Shown here: positions 39,297 to 47,981 of the stretch, piece by piece
Numbering within the stretch: the first letter of the stretch is position 1
Layout: every line of letters begins with the position of its first letter
DNA from: Candidatus Multivoradales bacterium
GTDB lineage: Bacteria; Acidobacteriota; Thermoanaerobaculia; Multivoradales; JAHEKO01
Direction: 5' to 3'
Assembly: GCA_965248055.1 (NCBI GenBank)
Contig: CBDFIJ010000004.1
Span: 224,001 to 288,000, forward strand
DNA: 64,000 nt
Made by a program: the position numbers and the translations under genes
The notes under the pieces: model-generated
Told to the model about the DNA's origin: nothing
The model's database searches: none
Seen by the model: only the letters and a program-made list of their open reading frames with translations

Positions 39297-39368
39297 GAGG
39301 ACCTCCTGTTTTTTGCGGTAGTACGGGTTGCCTGCATTGTGGCCTTGAATCTACACCCTGCGACCCTC

Positions 39369-40322
39369 TCACCTTCCCCTCTTGGCCTCGGAGCTGTGCG
39401 CTACATTTCTCTGCAACCCCTCCAGCTTCGCCCGCTTCATCGGACTGCGGCGGAAGAATCCCACGTAGTCCTCCCTCGACAGGGTCAGCAGATCCACCAG
39501 GTTGAGCGCTGCTCGATGTTCGGGAAGTAGCAGTGCGGGATCGGGCTCGACCGTTGGATCGGTATTGACCGGGCAAACCTCTTGGCAGATATCGCAACCA
39601 AATACCCAGCCGTGTAGATCGGGCACCTCGGGCGGAAATTCACCTTTGTGTTCGATGTTCCAGTAGCTGATGCAGCGGGTTGCATCCAGGTGGTACGGCT
39701 CGGGAAGGGCCCCGGTGGGACAGGCGTCCAGGCACTGGGTACAAGTACCGCACAGATCCGCCATCGGCTGATCTGGCTCCAGCTCCAACGACAACAGAAC
39801 CTCGCCAAGTAGGAACCAAGATCCGGCTTCCGGGTGCAACAACAGGGTGTTCTTGCCCACCGCACCCAGGCCAGCTCGCGCTGCCAGTTCGCGCTCCAAA
39901 ACCGGTCCGGTATCGACGTAGACCTTGCTCTCTGTCCCCGGATAAGCAGCCTCAATCCGCTCAGCCAAACCAACCAGGCGTTGCTGCATCAGCTGGTGGT
40001 AGTCGTCGCCGTGGGCGTAGCGGGCAACCTTGGGCCACAGGTCGCCGCCCTCCGCCCGGCTTAACTCTTGATCTCCGTAGTCCAGCGCCACACACAGAAC
40101 CGAGCGCACCGAAGGCAAGGTGTTGCGAAGATCTTCACGGCGATCGAGGTTGCGCGCTAGATAGTCCATTCCCGCATGCTCACCGCGTTCTACCCACCTG
40201 CGGTAGCTATCGATGGTCGCACTCGGCTCACACGAGGCGATTCCGGATCGATGGAAGCCAGCTTCGAGCGCCCAAGACTTGAGCAGTTCGGAGCGAGATC
40301 GCTGTGTTGAATCAGAGGTCAC
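39369..40322 (-). CDS. queG: tRNA epoxyqueuosine reductase
   Basis: ARYAHGDDYH, DTGPVLER, CGTCTQCLDACPT and FGCDICQEVCP motifs. Confidence 0.95.
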   Translation of the reverse strand: MTSDSTQRSRSELLKSWALEAGFHRSGIASCEPSATIDSYRRWVERGEHAGMDYLARNLDRREDLRNTLPSVRSVLCVALDYGDQELSRAEGGDLWPKVARYAHGDDYHQLMQQRLVGLAERIEAAYPGTESKVYVDTGPVLERELAARAGLGAVGKNTLLLHPEAGSWFLLGEVLLSLELEPDQPMADLCGTCTQCLDACPTGALPEPYHLDATRCISYWNIEHKGEFPPEVPDLHGWVFGCDICQEVCPVNTDPTVEPDPALLLPEHRAALNLVDLLTLSREDYVGFFRRSPMKRAKLEGLQRNVAHSSEAKRGR

Positions 40323-40453
40323 TTAGCGATTCTATGGCCCGGCCATTCCAAGACCCAGTCCGCGACCGCCTTTCGGGATCTCCGCTGGACCCTGATGACG
40401 GTTGCAGCGGACCTTGATCCCGATTCGAGAATTCGTGAGCGCAGGATTACAGC

Positions 40454-40753
40454 CTGACCAAGAATCTCGCCGCAGTCGTATACACCACTCGGTCGTTCGA
40501 AAAGCAAGTAAATAAGAAGCACCGAGAGCCTAACACCAAAGCTCGGATCAACCTGGCGCTTAAGAACCTCGCCAAGGATCGCGCTCGAACCTCACTCAAA
40601 TTCGAACCCGTTGATGGCCTCCCCGAGCATTACTCGATCCGAGTTGGTCGCAAGAGATTGCGAAGATTGCTTCGACGTGGGATAGAGAGTGGCGATGAAT
40701 TCTTTGAGGCTGTTGCAATCGGCAACCACGAAGAGATCTACCGGAAGCGGTAG
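40454..40753 (+). CDS. RelE/ParE-superfamily toxin-like protein, 99 aa, CTG start (absent from ORF track)
   Basis: Manual translation: TRSFEKQ…SLKFEPVDG…YSIRVG…R…FEAVAIGNHEEIYRKR. AGGA lies 7 nt upstream. Confidence 0.65.
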   Translation: MTKNLAAVVYTTRSFEKQVNKKHREPNTKARINLALKNLAKDRARTSLKFEPVDGLPEHYSIRVGRKRLRRLLRRGIESGDEFFEAVAIGNHEEIYRKR

Positions 40754-40860
40754 CCCGTAGTCAGCCACAGGCGATGACCTTAGACACGAGCTACTTCTAG
40801 CCGAACTCCCTGGGCGACGCAGGGTCTCGTGACAGTCGCGGTGTTTCACTGAGCCACTAC

Positions 40861-40884
40861 CAATACTCCACTAGTAGAGTATTG
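40861..40884. promoter_or_regulatory. 24-bp near-perfect palindrome upstream of hicB (candidate operator)
   Basis: CAATACTCCACT|AGTAGAGTATTG, with 11/12 pairs. Confidence 0.5.
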
Positions 40885-40961
40885 TCTGGTAGGTTCTTGC
40901 GTGTCACTGGGAGCGTAGAGGGGTGCAGCGCTGGTTTGTTTCAGCGTAAGGAAGGTTGGCA

Positions 40962-41327
40962 ATGACAGAGACAATGGTAATCATTTACAACTTCAGAGGG
41001 TTGGTTCGCGAAGAGAAAGAGGGCATCTGGGCTGCATTGTGCCGAAGCCTGGACGTAGCCAGCCAGGGTAACTCAGAACAAGAAGCTAAAGATAATCTCC
41101 AGGAAGCGGTGACGCTATGGATCGACTCTTGCGTTGAACGAGGAACACTCGGCAAAGCATTGCGCGAACTTGGGTTCAACCGAACCCTAGCTGGCTCCCC
41201 TGCACCACCGGAAGCAGACTCTCTGACCGTCCAGCATTTCGCTGAAATAGAAACCGACGCGTACAAGGGTACTTCTTTCCCAATTGAAGTAGTTGTCCCC
41301 GCCTATCAAATCGCAGCTTTCGGCTAG
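40962..41327 (+). CDS. hicB: HicB-family antitoxin
   Basis: WAALCRSLDVASQGNSEQEAKDNLQEAVTLWI is the HicB RNase-H-like signature. SD AAGGAAGG. Confidence 0.85.
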   Translation: MTETMVIIYNFRGLVREEKEGIWAALCRSLDVASQGNSEQEAKDNLQEAVTLWIDSCVERGTLGKALRELGFNRTLAGSPAPPEADSLTVQHFAEIETDAYKGTSFPIEVVVPAYQIAAFG

Positions 41328-41341
41328 ACGGTTCGGCGAAC

Positions 41342-41561
41342 GTGCCGAGGCAGGTAAGTACAGACGAACTTGTCCGGGCTTGCTTAACCCTGGGTTGGCA
41401 TCTTTCCCGGCAGTAGCCACCTTCAATACACCAAGGCGGGGTGCTCACGCCCAGTGACAATCGTCGCAAACAAGAAAGAACTCTCCAGGACGGTGCTCTC
41501 TGCATGCTTGCGTACAATGGGGATAACCAAGAGGGAGCTATTTGAGATTCTTGATTCGTGA
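41342..41561 (+). pseudogene. hicA: HicA-family toxin, frameshifted
   Basis: MPRQVSTDELVRACLTLGWHLSRQ* continues in the +1 frame as SSHLQYTKAGCSRPVTIV…ELSRTVLSACLRTMGITKRELFEILDS*. Confidence 0.8.
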
Positions 41562-41852
41562 CCAACTCCCCCTACCTCACCGCTGCCTCTGACGCCATAG
41601 CCGCAAACATCTACCCAGTACACAGCACCACCGAACCGGATTGCCCTGGTTGCCAAGGGACGCTCAGTGCCGACGAGCGCCAGGAAATCTAGGAACTCCC
41701 TCAGCTGCTGTATCAGCGCTGGCTAGATCGCCGGGAATGCTAGAATCACCCCCCACTGCAGCGACTTGCACCGCAATCTCGCCGCTTTGATCAACAGCAG
41801 ATAGCAACTAGTGAAGCGCTTGCGGGCGCCGACGGGATACAGGAGTTTGTCG

Positions 41853-42941
41853 ATGGATACCTTTGAGACCATTGCGGAAATGGGGCATGAGCGGGTGCTG
41901 ATGTGCTCCAATGCAGCCGTCGGCCTGAAGGCGATCATTGCGGTTCATTCGACGGTTCTGGGCCCGGGCCTCGGTGGTTGCCGCATGTGGCCCTACCAGA
42001 GCACTGACGAAGCGATGATTGACGTTTTGCGTTTGTCGCGCGGGATGACCTACAAAGCGGCGGCGGCGGGACTGCACTTGGGCGGCGCCAAGGCGGTGAT
42101 CATCGGCGACCCCAAGACCGACAAAAGCGAGGCCTTGTTTCGAGCTTTCGGCCGAGCGGTCGACGACCTGAATGGTACCTACATCACCGCCGAAGACGTC
42201 GGCACCGACATGGAAGACATGGAGACCATCCTCACCGAGACCCAATGGGTAACCGGGATCTCCCCCGCCCACGGAGGCAGCGGCGACCCCGCGCCAGTCA
42301 CCGCCAACGGTGTTTTGCGTGGTATTCAGGCAGCGGCCAAGTGGAAGTTCAGAGATTCAGCGCTCAAGGGGCGCTCGGTCGCCATCCAAGGCTTGGGCAG
42401 CGTCGGATACCACCTTGCTGAGTATCTGGTCCAGGAGGGTGCCAAGGTCTTTGCCACCGACATCGACGAGGCATCGATCGAACGGGCCAGAGAACAACTG
42501 GGCGTCGAACCGGTTGCAGTTGACGACATCTACGACGTTGACTGCGACATCTTCGCTCCCTGCGCCCTGGGAGCGATCCTCAATCCCGAGACCATTCCTC
42601 GGTTGCGTTGCACTGTGGTTGCTGGAGCGGCGAACAACCAACTGGCGGACGAGGAGGTCGACGGCATGGCTCTGCAAGAGCGCGCCATTCTCTACGCGCC
42701 GGACTTCGTCATCAACGCCGGTGGACTGATCAACGTCTACAACGAGTTCATGGGCAGCTACAAGCAAGAGCGAGCGCTACGCGGCACCCGAGGGATCTAC
42801 CTCAACTTGACTCGAGTTTTTGAGATCGCAGAAGAAGAGAAGATTCCGACCTACGCCGCCGCCGACCGAGTCGCTGAAGAACGCATCGCCACCATCAGCA
42901 AGTTGGGGTCGCGTCATTGGGGTCGCTTGCTGAATCGCTAA
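41853..42941 (+). CDS. ldh: Leucine dehydrogenase (Glu/Leu/Phe/Val dehydrogenase)
   Basis: LGPGLGGCRM, RLSRGMTYK, ITAEDVGT, QGLGSVG and AGAANNQL motifs. SD AGGAG. Confidence 0.9.
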   Translation: MDTFETIAEMGHERVLMCSNAAVGLKAIIAVHSTVLGPGLGGCRMWPYQSTDEAMIDVLRLSRGMTYKAAAAGLHLGGAKAVIIGDPKTDKSEALFRAFGRAVDDLNGTYITAEDVGTDMEDMETILTETQWVTGISPAHGGSGDPAPVTANGVLRGIQAAAKWKFRDSALKGRSVAIQGLGSVGYHLAEYLVQEGAKVFATDIDEASIERAREQLGVEPVAVDDIYDVDCDIFAPCALGAILNPETIPRLRCTVVAGAANNQLADEEVDGMALQERAILYAPDFVINAGGLINVYNEFMGSYKQERALRGTRGIYLNLTRVFEIAEEEKIPTYAAADRVAEERIATISKLGSRHWGRLLNR

Positions 42942-43656
42942 TTTCTGCGGATTCACTGCTTTCTACAGACTTGCTGTCGGGCTGCCCAGCCCGTACCTGC
43001 GCCAACATCTCTCCGACCACTTGATCCAGGGTCATCTCAGAGGTATCGATGTAGTGGTAACTGTCGTCGTAGGTCAGCGGTGAATCGCTACGCGTTCGGT
43101 CCTTGTGGTCTCGGTCCGCCAGTCTCGCCAGTAGATCCTCGCGATCAACTTGGTGCCCCTGCTCTATCAGTTCCGCAACCCGTCGCTGCACTCGCACTTC
43201 CAAACTGGCGTCCAAAAAGAACTTGTAAGGCGCGTCGGGCAGCACCCGGGTACCAATATCTCGTCCCTCGATCACCCCTCCGGTCGATGCCGCGAGCCGT
43301 TGTTGGAGAGCCACTAGATACTGTCGAACGACCGACAGGGTCGCTACTTGTGACGCCATCTCCGCGGCCAAGGGAGTCTTCAATCTCGCGCCCTGGACAA
43401 TGCCATTCACTCGCACCGTGGGTTCCAATTCTTGCAGCTCGATCTCCATCTCCAACTCGTCCAGTAACCCTGAAATCGCTTCTTCGTCGCTGGGGTCGAT
43501 TCCAGCCCCGAGGACCGCAAGACCCACGGCTCGATACATCACCCCAGTACTCAAGTAGGGCACACCGAGCTTTCTGGCAAGCCGACGAGATGCTGTGGTT
43601 TTACCAACTCCACCGGGTCCGTCGACCGCAATAACCATCGGCCGATGTCGCATCAC
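42895..43656 (-). CDS. cmk: Cytidylate kinase
   Basis: AVDGPGGVGKTT, TGVMYRA, EGRDIGT and RDHKD motifs. Confidence 0.93.
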   Translation of the reverse strand: MMRHRPMVIAVDGPGGVGKTTASRRLARKLGVPYLSTGVMYRAVGLAVLGAGIDPSDEEAISGLLDELEMEIELQELEPTVRVNGIVQGARLKTPLAAEMASQVATLSVVRQYLVALQQRLAASTGGVIEGRDIGTRVLPDAPYKFFLDASLEVRVQRRVAELIEQGHQVDREDLLARLADRDHKDRTRSDSPLTYDDSYHYIDTSEMTLDQVVGEMLAQVRAGQPDSKSVESSESAEISDSASDPNDATPTC

Positions 43657-44684
43657 TTGGATTTGGGACCGCGGCGGGTCGTGCCACCCTTACCTTTTGG
43701 GGGGCGAGCACCGGGGCGGCCACCAGTGCGACCGCTGGCTGCTCCAGGTCGGTCTGGTCGTCGGGATGTCCTTGACGAGGATCCGGTCTTGGGACCGGCG
43801 CCGGAGCGCTTGCTGGATCTTTTGCCAGGCTTCGCGGTTCCTCGAGAGCTCGGCGCAGCACCTCGACTACGAGAAGTACGCTTTGATTTATCGGCTGACT
43901 TAGCGCGGCTATCGCGAAAACCCTCGGATCGCGCGGTCGCCTTGATCGACCGACCTCTGCGTAGCAGCGCCTCAAGATCACTCTCGGTAAGTTCGCGCCA
44001 TTTGCCGGGCAACAGATTCCCCAGTGACAGCCCGCCAATTGAAACCCGCCTCAACCTGGAGACCGGATGCCCAGCACGGAAAAACATCTCTCGAATTTGC
44101 CGCGAACGCCCCTCCTGCAAATCGATGGTCCACCAGCTGTTTTTCTTACTCCGCCGCTCGCCTTCCATACGGTAGGACTGAATCCGAGCCGGAAGGGTTT
44201 TCTTGCCGTACAACGCAACCCCTCTGGTCATGCGCCCGATCCGATCTTCCGAGGGAACCCCTTTGACCTTGACCAAATAGCGCTTCACCCCTTCATGTTT
44301 CGGGTGAGCAACGCGCTGGGCAAGACCCCCATCGGTGGTGAGAATCAAAGCACCTTCAGAATCCCAATCCAAGCGACCGATGGTGAACAACCCTTTGCGT
44401 AGGGTCGGCGGCAAGCAATCAAAAACCGTGGTGCGCCCTTCGGGGTCTTTGCGGGAGCACACCGTAGCAATTGGCTTGTTCAGCAGATAGCTGCGGTGCT
44501 CAGTGATCGGAACCACTAACCTACCCCGCGCCTTGATCGCGTCACGTTGGGCGTCAGCTTTGTCTCCCAACTTCGACACCGCGCCGTTGACCGTCACTTG
44601 CCCCGCACGGATCCAGGATTCGGCCTCGCGCCGCGACGCCATCCCGGCCCCGGCAATGAGCTTCTGCAGTCTCTCTTCAGTCAT
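43653..44684 (-). CDS. rluB: 23S rRNA pseudouridine synthase RluB-like with basic tail
   Basis: ERLQK…SRREAE S4 domain, GRLD catalytic motif and EGRSRQIR. Confidence 0.9.
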   Translation of the reverse strand: MTEERLQKLIAGAGMASRREAESWIRAGQVTVNGAVSKLGDKADAQRDAIKARGRLVVPITEHRSYLLNKPIATVCSRKDPEGRTTVFDCLPPTLRKGLFTIGRLDWDSEGALILTTDGGLAQRVAHPKHEGVKRYLVKVKGVPSEDRIGRMTRGVALYGKKTLPARIQSYRMEGERRSKKNSWWTIDLQEGRSRQIREMFFRAGHPVSRLRRVSIGGLSLGNLLPGKWRELTESDLEALLRRGRSIKATARSEGFRDSRAKSADKSKRTSRSRGAAPSSRGTAKPGKRSSKRSGAGPKTGSSSRTSRRPDRPGAASGRTGGRPGARPPKGKGGTTRRGPKSK

Positions 44685-45387
44685 CGACTTTTTCTTCCAC
44701 ATAATCGCCGCCAGCATTATCACTGTCAGCTAGATCACTGCCAGCGGCTTGCGGATCGGCGCCATGCTCATCGCTGGGCAATATCGCCTGAGGATCGTCC
44801 AGCTCTCGGTCGCGACTTTGAATCTCAGCGACCATCTGTTGGGTCTCCAGCGATCCGAAGTTCTCCTCAAATTCTTCCAAGGGGGGTAAGTCGACGATCG
44901 ATGCCAGCCCAAAGTGCTGGAGAAATTCCTTGGTGGTGCGATAGAGAAACGGTTTACCGACCACCTGCTTGCGCCCAGCGACCCGAATTAATCCTCGATC
45001 CAGCAGGGTCTTGAGCACTCCCCCACTGTGTACTCCACGGAGTTCTTGAATCTCGGGCCCAGTCACCGGTTGGCGATAAGCGATGATGGTCAACGTTTCC
45101 AGGGCCGCCATCGAAAGTCGGCTGCGGACCCGGGCTTGAAAAAAACTCTCCAGGTAGTCGTTCAACTCCGGTCGTGTCACCAAGCGATAACCGCCGGCAA
45201 CTTCTTCAAGAAACACCCCGCGGTCGGTGGCATCCGCCTGATAGCGCTGGCGCACCGTCTCCAACGCCGGCAGCACTTTGTCTCGATCGCCTTTTGCGAA
45301 GAGTTCTTGCAACCCGTCCAGCGGCACGGGGTCTGGAGCAACGAAGAGCACCGCTTCGACAATCGCTTCGATCTCGCCAGCCTTCAC
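44677..45387 (-). CDS. scpB: SMC-Scp complex subunit ScpB
   Basis: LSMAALETLTIIAYRQPVT and YRTTKEFLQHFGL motifs. Confidence 0.95.
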   Translation of the reverse strand: MKAGEIEAIVEAVLFVAPDPVPLDGLQELFAKGDRDKVLPALETVRQRYQADATDRGVFLEEVAGGYRLVTRPELNDYLESFFQARVRSRLSMAALETLTIIAYRQPVTGPEIQELRGVHSGGVLKTLLDRGLIRVAGRKQVVGKPFLYRTTKEFLQHFGLASIVDLPPLEEFEENFGSLETQQMVAEIQSRDRELDDPQAILPSDEHGADPQAAGSDLADSDNAGGDYVEEKVDD

Positions 45388-46172
45388 GTTCGAATTCCTT
45401 CCAGGTCTTCCTTCGCCAGTTCCTTGGGCGTGCGGTAGAGCAGAATCGCTCCATTTTCCGCTTGATGCACCCGCACCAAGCTCAAACGTGCCAGTTCCAG
45501 GATTGCTAAGAACGCCGCCACCACTTCACCACGACCGCTACGCAATCGTAGGTCATCGACGAAGTCCAAGGGGCGGGCGGGATCCAATCGAGACAGCAGT
45601 CGCTCAAACTGATCGCGCACGGAGAACACTTCCCGGTGCACCAAGTACGGCGGTGGGTGATTGCGATCAAAGCGTTCCAATACGTTTTTAAACGCTCCCA
45701 GAAGATGGGTCATCGAGATATCAGAGAGGTCGATGACGTCATCCTCCACGGTCACCGGGGGCTGCGCAGCGCGGGTCCAGATGCCTTGACGCATGGCGTG
45801 GCGTTCCGCCATGGTCTGTGCGGCGTCTTTCAGCTTCTGGTACTCCAACAAGCGTTCGACCAACTCTTCGCGAGGATCTTCGGACGCCGAGGCGTCTTCC
45901 GAACTTGGGCGCGGCAGCAACATTCGCGACTTGAGCTGAATCAACTGGGCCGCTTCAAACAAGTAGTCCGAGGCTATGTCCAAATCCAGCTCCTCCATCA
46001 TCGTTAAGTACTCGTGAAACTGACCACAGATCAGGTTCACCGGGATGTCGTAGATATCGACTTCGTTGATCTTGATCAGATGCAGCAGCAGGTCCAGCGG
46101 CCCTTCAAAGATCGGCAGATGAACCTTCCAAGACGAAGGCAGTGCAGCAATCGGCTGAGAATCTAACTCCAT
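45384..46172 (-). CDS. scpA: Segregation/condensation protein ScpA
   Basis: FEGPLDLLLHLI, KSRMLLP and FLAILEL motifs. Confidence 0.95.
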   Translation of the reverse strand: MELDSQPIAALPSSWKVHLPIFEGPLDLLLHLIKINEVDIYDIPVNLICGQFHEYLTMMEELDLDIASDYLFEAAQLIQLKSRMLLPRPSSEDASASEDPREELVERLLEYQKLKDAAQTMAERHAMRQGIWTRAAQPPVTVEDDVIDLSDISMTHLLGAFKNVLERFDRNHPPPYLVHREVFSVRDQFERLLSRLDPARPLDFVDDLRLRSGRGEVVAAFLAILELARLSLVRVHQAENGAILLYRTPKELAKEDLEGIRT

Positions 46173-47188
46173 TTTTGATAGTCCAAGCCCATTGCTTCGC
46201 GGACTAAGGTCATGGTCTCTTGCGCGACTTCGCGCGCTCGATTCGTCCCGGCGTTGAGAATGCGCCACAGCTCACCCCGGTCGGCGAGCAACCGCTCTCG
46301 CCGCTCACGAATTGGACGGATGAACTCGATCATTCGTTCTGCGATCAGGCCTTTGTCGTCGACACATCCTAAGGATGCCGCTCGGCAACGCTCGGCGACG
46401 TCCTCTTGCACCTCTGGCGTCGACAGCAAACGATGGAACTGAAACAAGTTACAGGTTTCTGGATGGCCCGGATCGTCGCGACGCAGCCGGGTTGGATCGG
46501 TAAACATCTTGGCGCATTTGGCGCGGATGGAGTCCGAGCTGTCCCCCAATTCAATCGAGTTAGCGTAGGACTTGGACATCTTACGACCGTCCAGGCCTGG
46601 AACCTTGGGGGTGGGAGTAAACAGCGGCTGAGGTTCAGGGAAGACCTTGCCATACAACCCGTTGAAACGACGGGTGATTTCCCGCGACAACTCCAAGTGA
46701 CTGGCTTGATCCTGCCCCACCGGTACGTGGTGCGCCCGATAGAGAATGATGTCGGCAGTTTGCAATACCGGATAGCCAAGGAATCCGAAGGTCGCTAGGT
46801 CTTTCTTCTTGAGCTCTCGAATCTGCTCCTTGTAGGTCGGCACCCGCTCCAACCAACCCAACGGCGTCAACATCCCCAGCAGCAGCTGCAATTCTGCGTG
46901 CTCGGCGATCTTCGACTGGAGGAAAAAAACCGCACGTTCAGGGTCCAGACCGGACGCCATCCAGTCCGCCACCGTCAGCAGAGTGTTGTCGGCGATCGAC
47001 CACGGGGCGGCATAGTCGGTGGTCAGGGCATGCCAATCGGCAACAAAGTAGTAACAGGGGTAACGGTCCTGTAGATCCACCCAGTTCTTAATCGCGCCGA
47101 AATAATGCCCAAGATGGAGCGGGCCGGTGGCGCGCATCCCGGATAGGACAATTCCCTGATTTTCAGCTTTTGTTGTTTGGTCAACCAT
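46163..47188 (-). CDS. trpS: Tryptophan--tRNA ligase
   Basis: HLGH, KMSKS and VPVGQDQ motifs. Confidence 0.96.
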   Translation of the reverse strand: MVDQTTKAENQGIVLSGMRATGPLHLGHYFGAIKNWVDLQDRYPCYYFVADWHALTTDYAAPWSIADNTLLTVADWMASGLDPERAVFFLQSKIAEHAELQLLLGMLTPLGWLERVPTYKEQIRELKKKDLATFGFLGYPVLQTADIILYRAHHVPVGQDQASHLELSREITRRFNGLYGKVFPEPQPLFTPTPKVPGLDGRKMSKSYANSIELGDSSDSIRAKCAKMFTDPTRLRRDDPGHPETCNLFQFHRLLSTPEVQEDVAERCRAASLGCVDDKGLIAERMIEFIRPIRERRERLLADRGELWRILNAGTNRAREVAQETMTLVREAMGLDYQKWS

Positions 47189-47295
47189 TATCCATCTACC
47201 ACTTCTCTATCGATCCCCTCGCTTATGTGCAACAAGGGCGCCCGTGGACATGCCCTGGCACCCTTAACCTGGCCTTCTCCCCAAGGTTCGAGTCA

Positions 47296-47415
47296 GAGTG
47301 CTGCAAACGCCTGGAGATACAAGGCTTGCGACCGAGGGCGACGCAGGCGTAGCCGTAGCTACGTCGAGGAGCACAAGCGAGTGCAACGCAGTAGATTCAG
47401 ATGTTTTCAGCATTC
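47296..47415. mobile_element. MITE-like non-autonomous element (120 bp)
   Basis: Imperfect TIRs GAGTGCTGCAAAC / GTTTTCAGCATTC (11/13) around a central hairpin CGTAGC-CGTA-GCTACG. Confidence 0.55.
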
Positions 47416-47495
47416 AGGACGGAGATTGGTGAGAAGGCAAGGTTGACGCCATGCTATCAAAAGAGTTTTCTGTGGCTGAGAGCCGCTCGGTTCGA

Positions 47496-47981
47496 TCATC
47501 CCTTGACCTTGGCTTCGCGGTCTACCCTTGCCACCAAGCGTTCATTTTCGCCCAGAACCACAAACTCCAGATACAAGGTGTAGATCTGCGCCAAAATGGT
47601 CAACGGGCCGAGGACTCGATGCCACAGTGGATGCATCGCGCCAATGTAGGAACCTCCGCCTATGACGAACGCGGCGATCACCATCCCCATCGCCAACATC
47701 AGCCACGGATAGAGTTTTTGTTTAAATTGCTTGGTCCGTTCGATGTGGTTGCGATCTAGATCGTACTCTTCGACCGCCTCGCGAATCGCTTTGCCGGTTC
47801 CCACCAAGAAGAACAAGATCCAACAGTGGGCAAAAAGGATCAGCAAGCTGCCCGCCAAAGCCATCGAAGCGTGGGTGTTGATGCCATAGACGCGGGGATT
47901 CTGGAGATATCCCAGCGCTCCGGTCGCCAGCAACCCAAGAGTGCCTAGGGCACCGACCCAGAGTAAGACTCGACTCATCAT
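47496..47981 (-). CDS. Hypothetical 4-TM membrane protein with several His residues
   Basis: ATGA overlap with the upstream GT4 gene and four hydrophobic helices. Confidence 0.75.
   Translation of the reverse strand: MMSRVLLWVGALGTLGLLATGALGYLQNPRVYGINTHASMALAGSLLILFAHCWILFFLVGTGKAIREAVEEYDLDRNHIERTKQFKQKLYPWLMLAMGMVIAAFVIGGGSYIGAMHPLWHRVLGPLTILAQIYTLYLEFVVLGENERLVARVDREAKVKG

Noticed and set aside
43653-43960. Arg/Lys/Ser-rich tail of RluB as a novel domain
   Set aside because: Low-complexity basic tails are common in RluB proteins.
47270-47300. GGTTCGAGTC as a tRNA T-loop
   Set aside because: The flanks do not form a T-stem, and no cloverleaf or acceptor stem is present.
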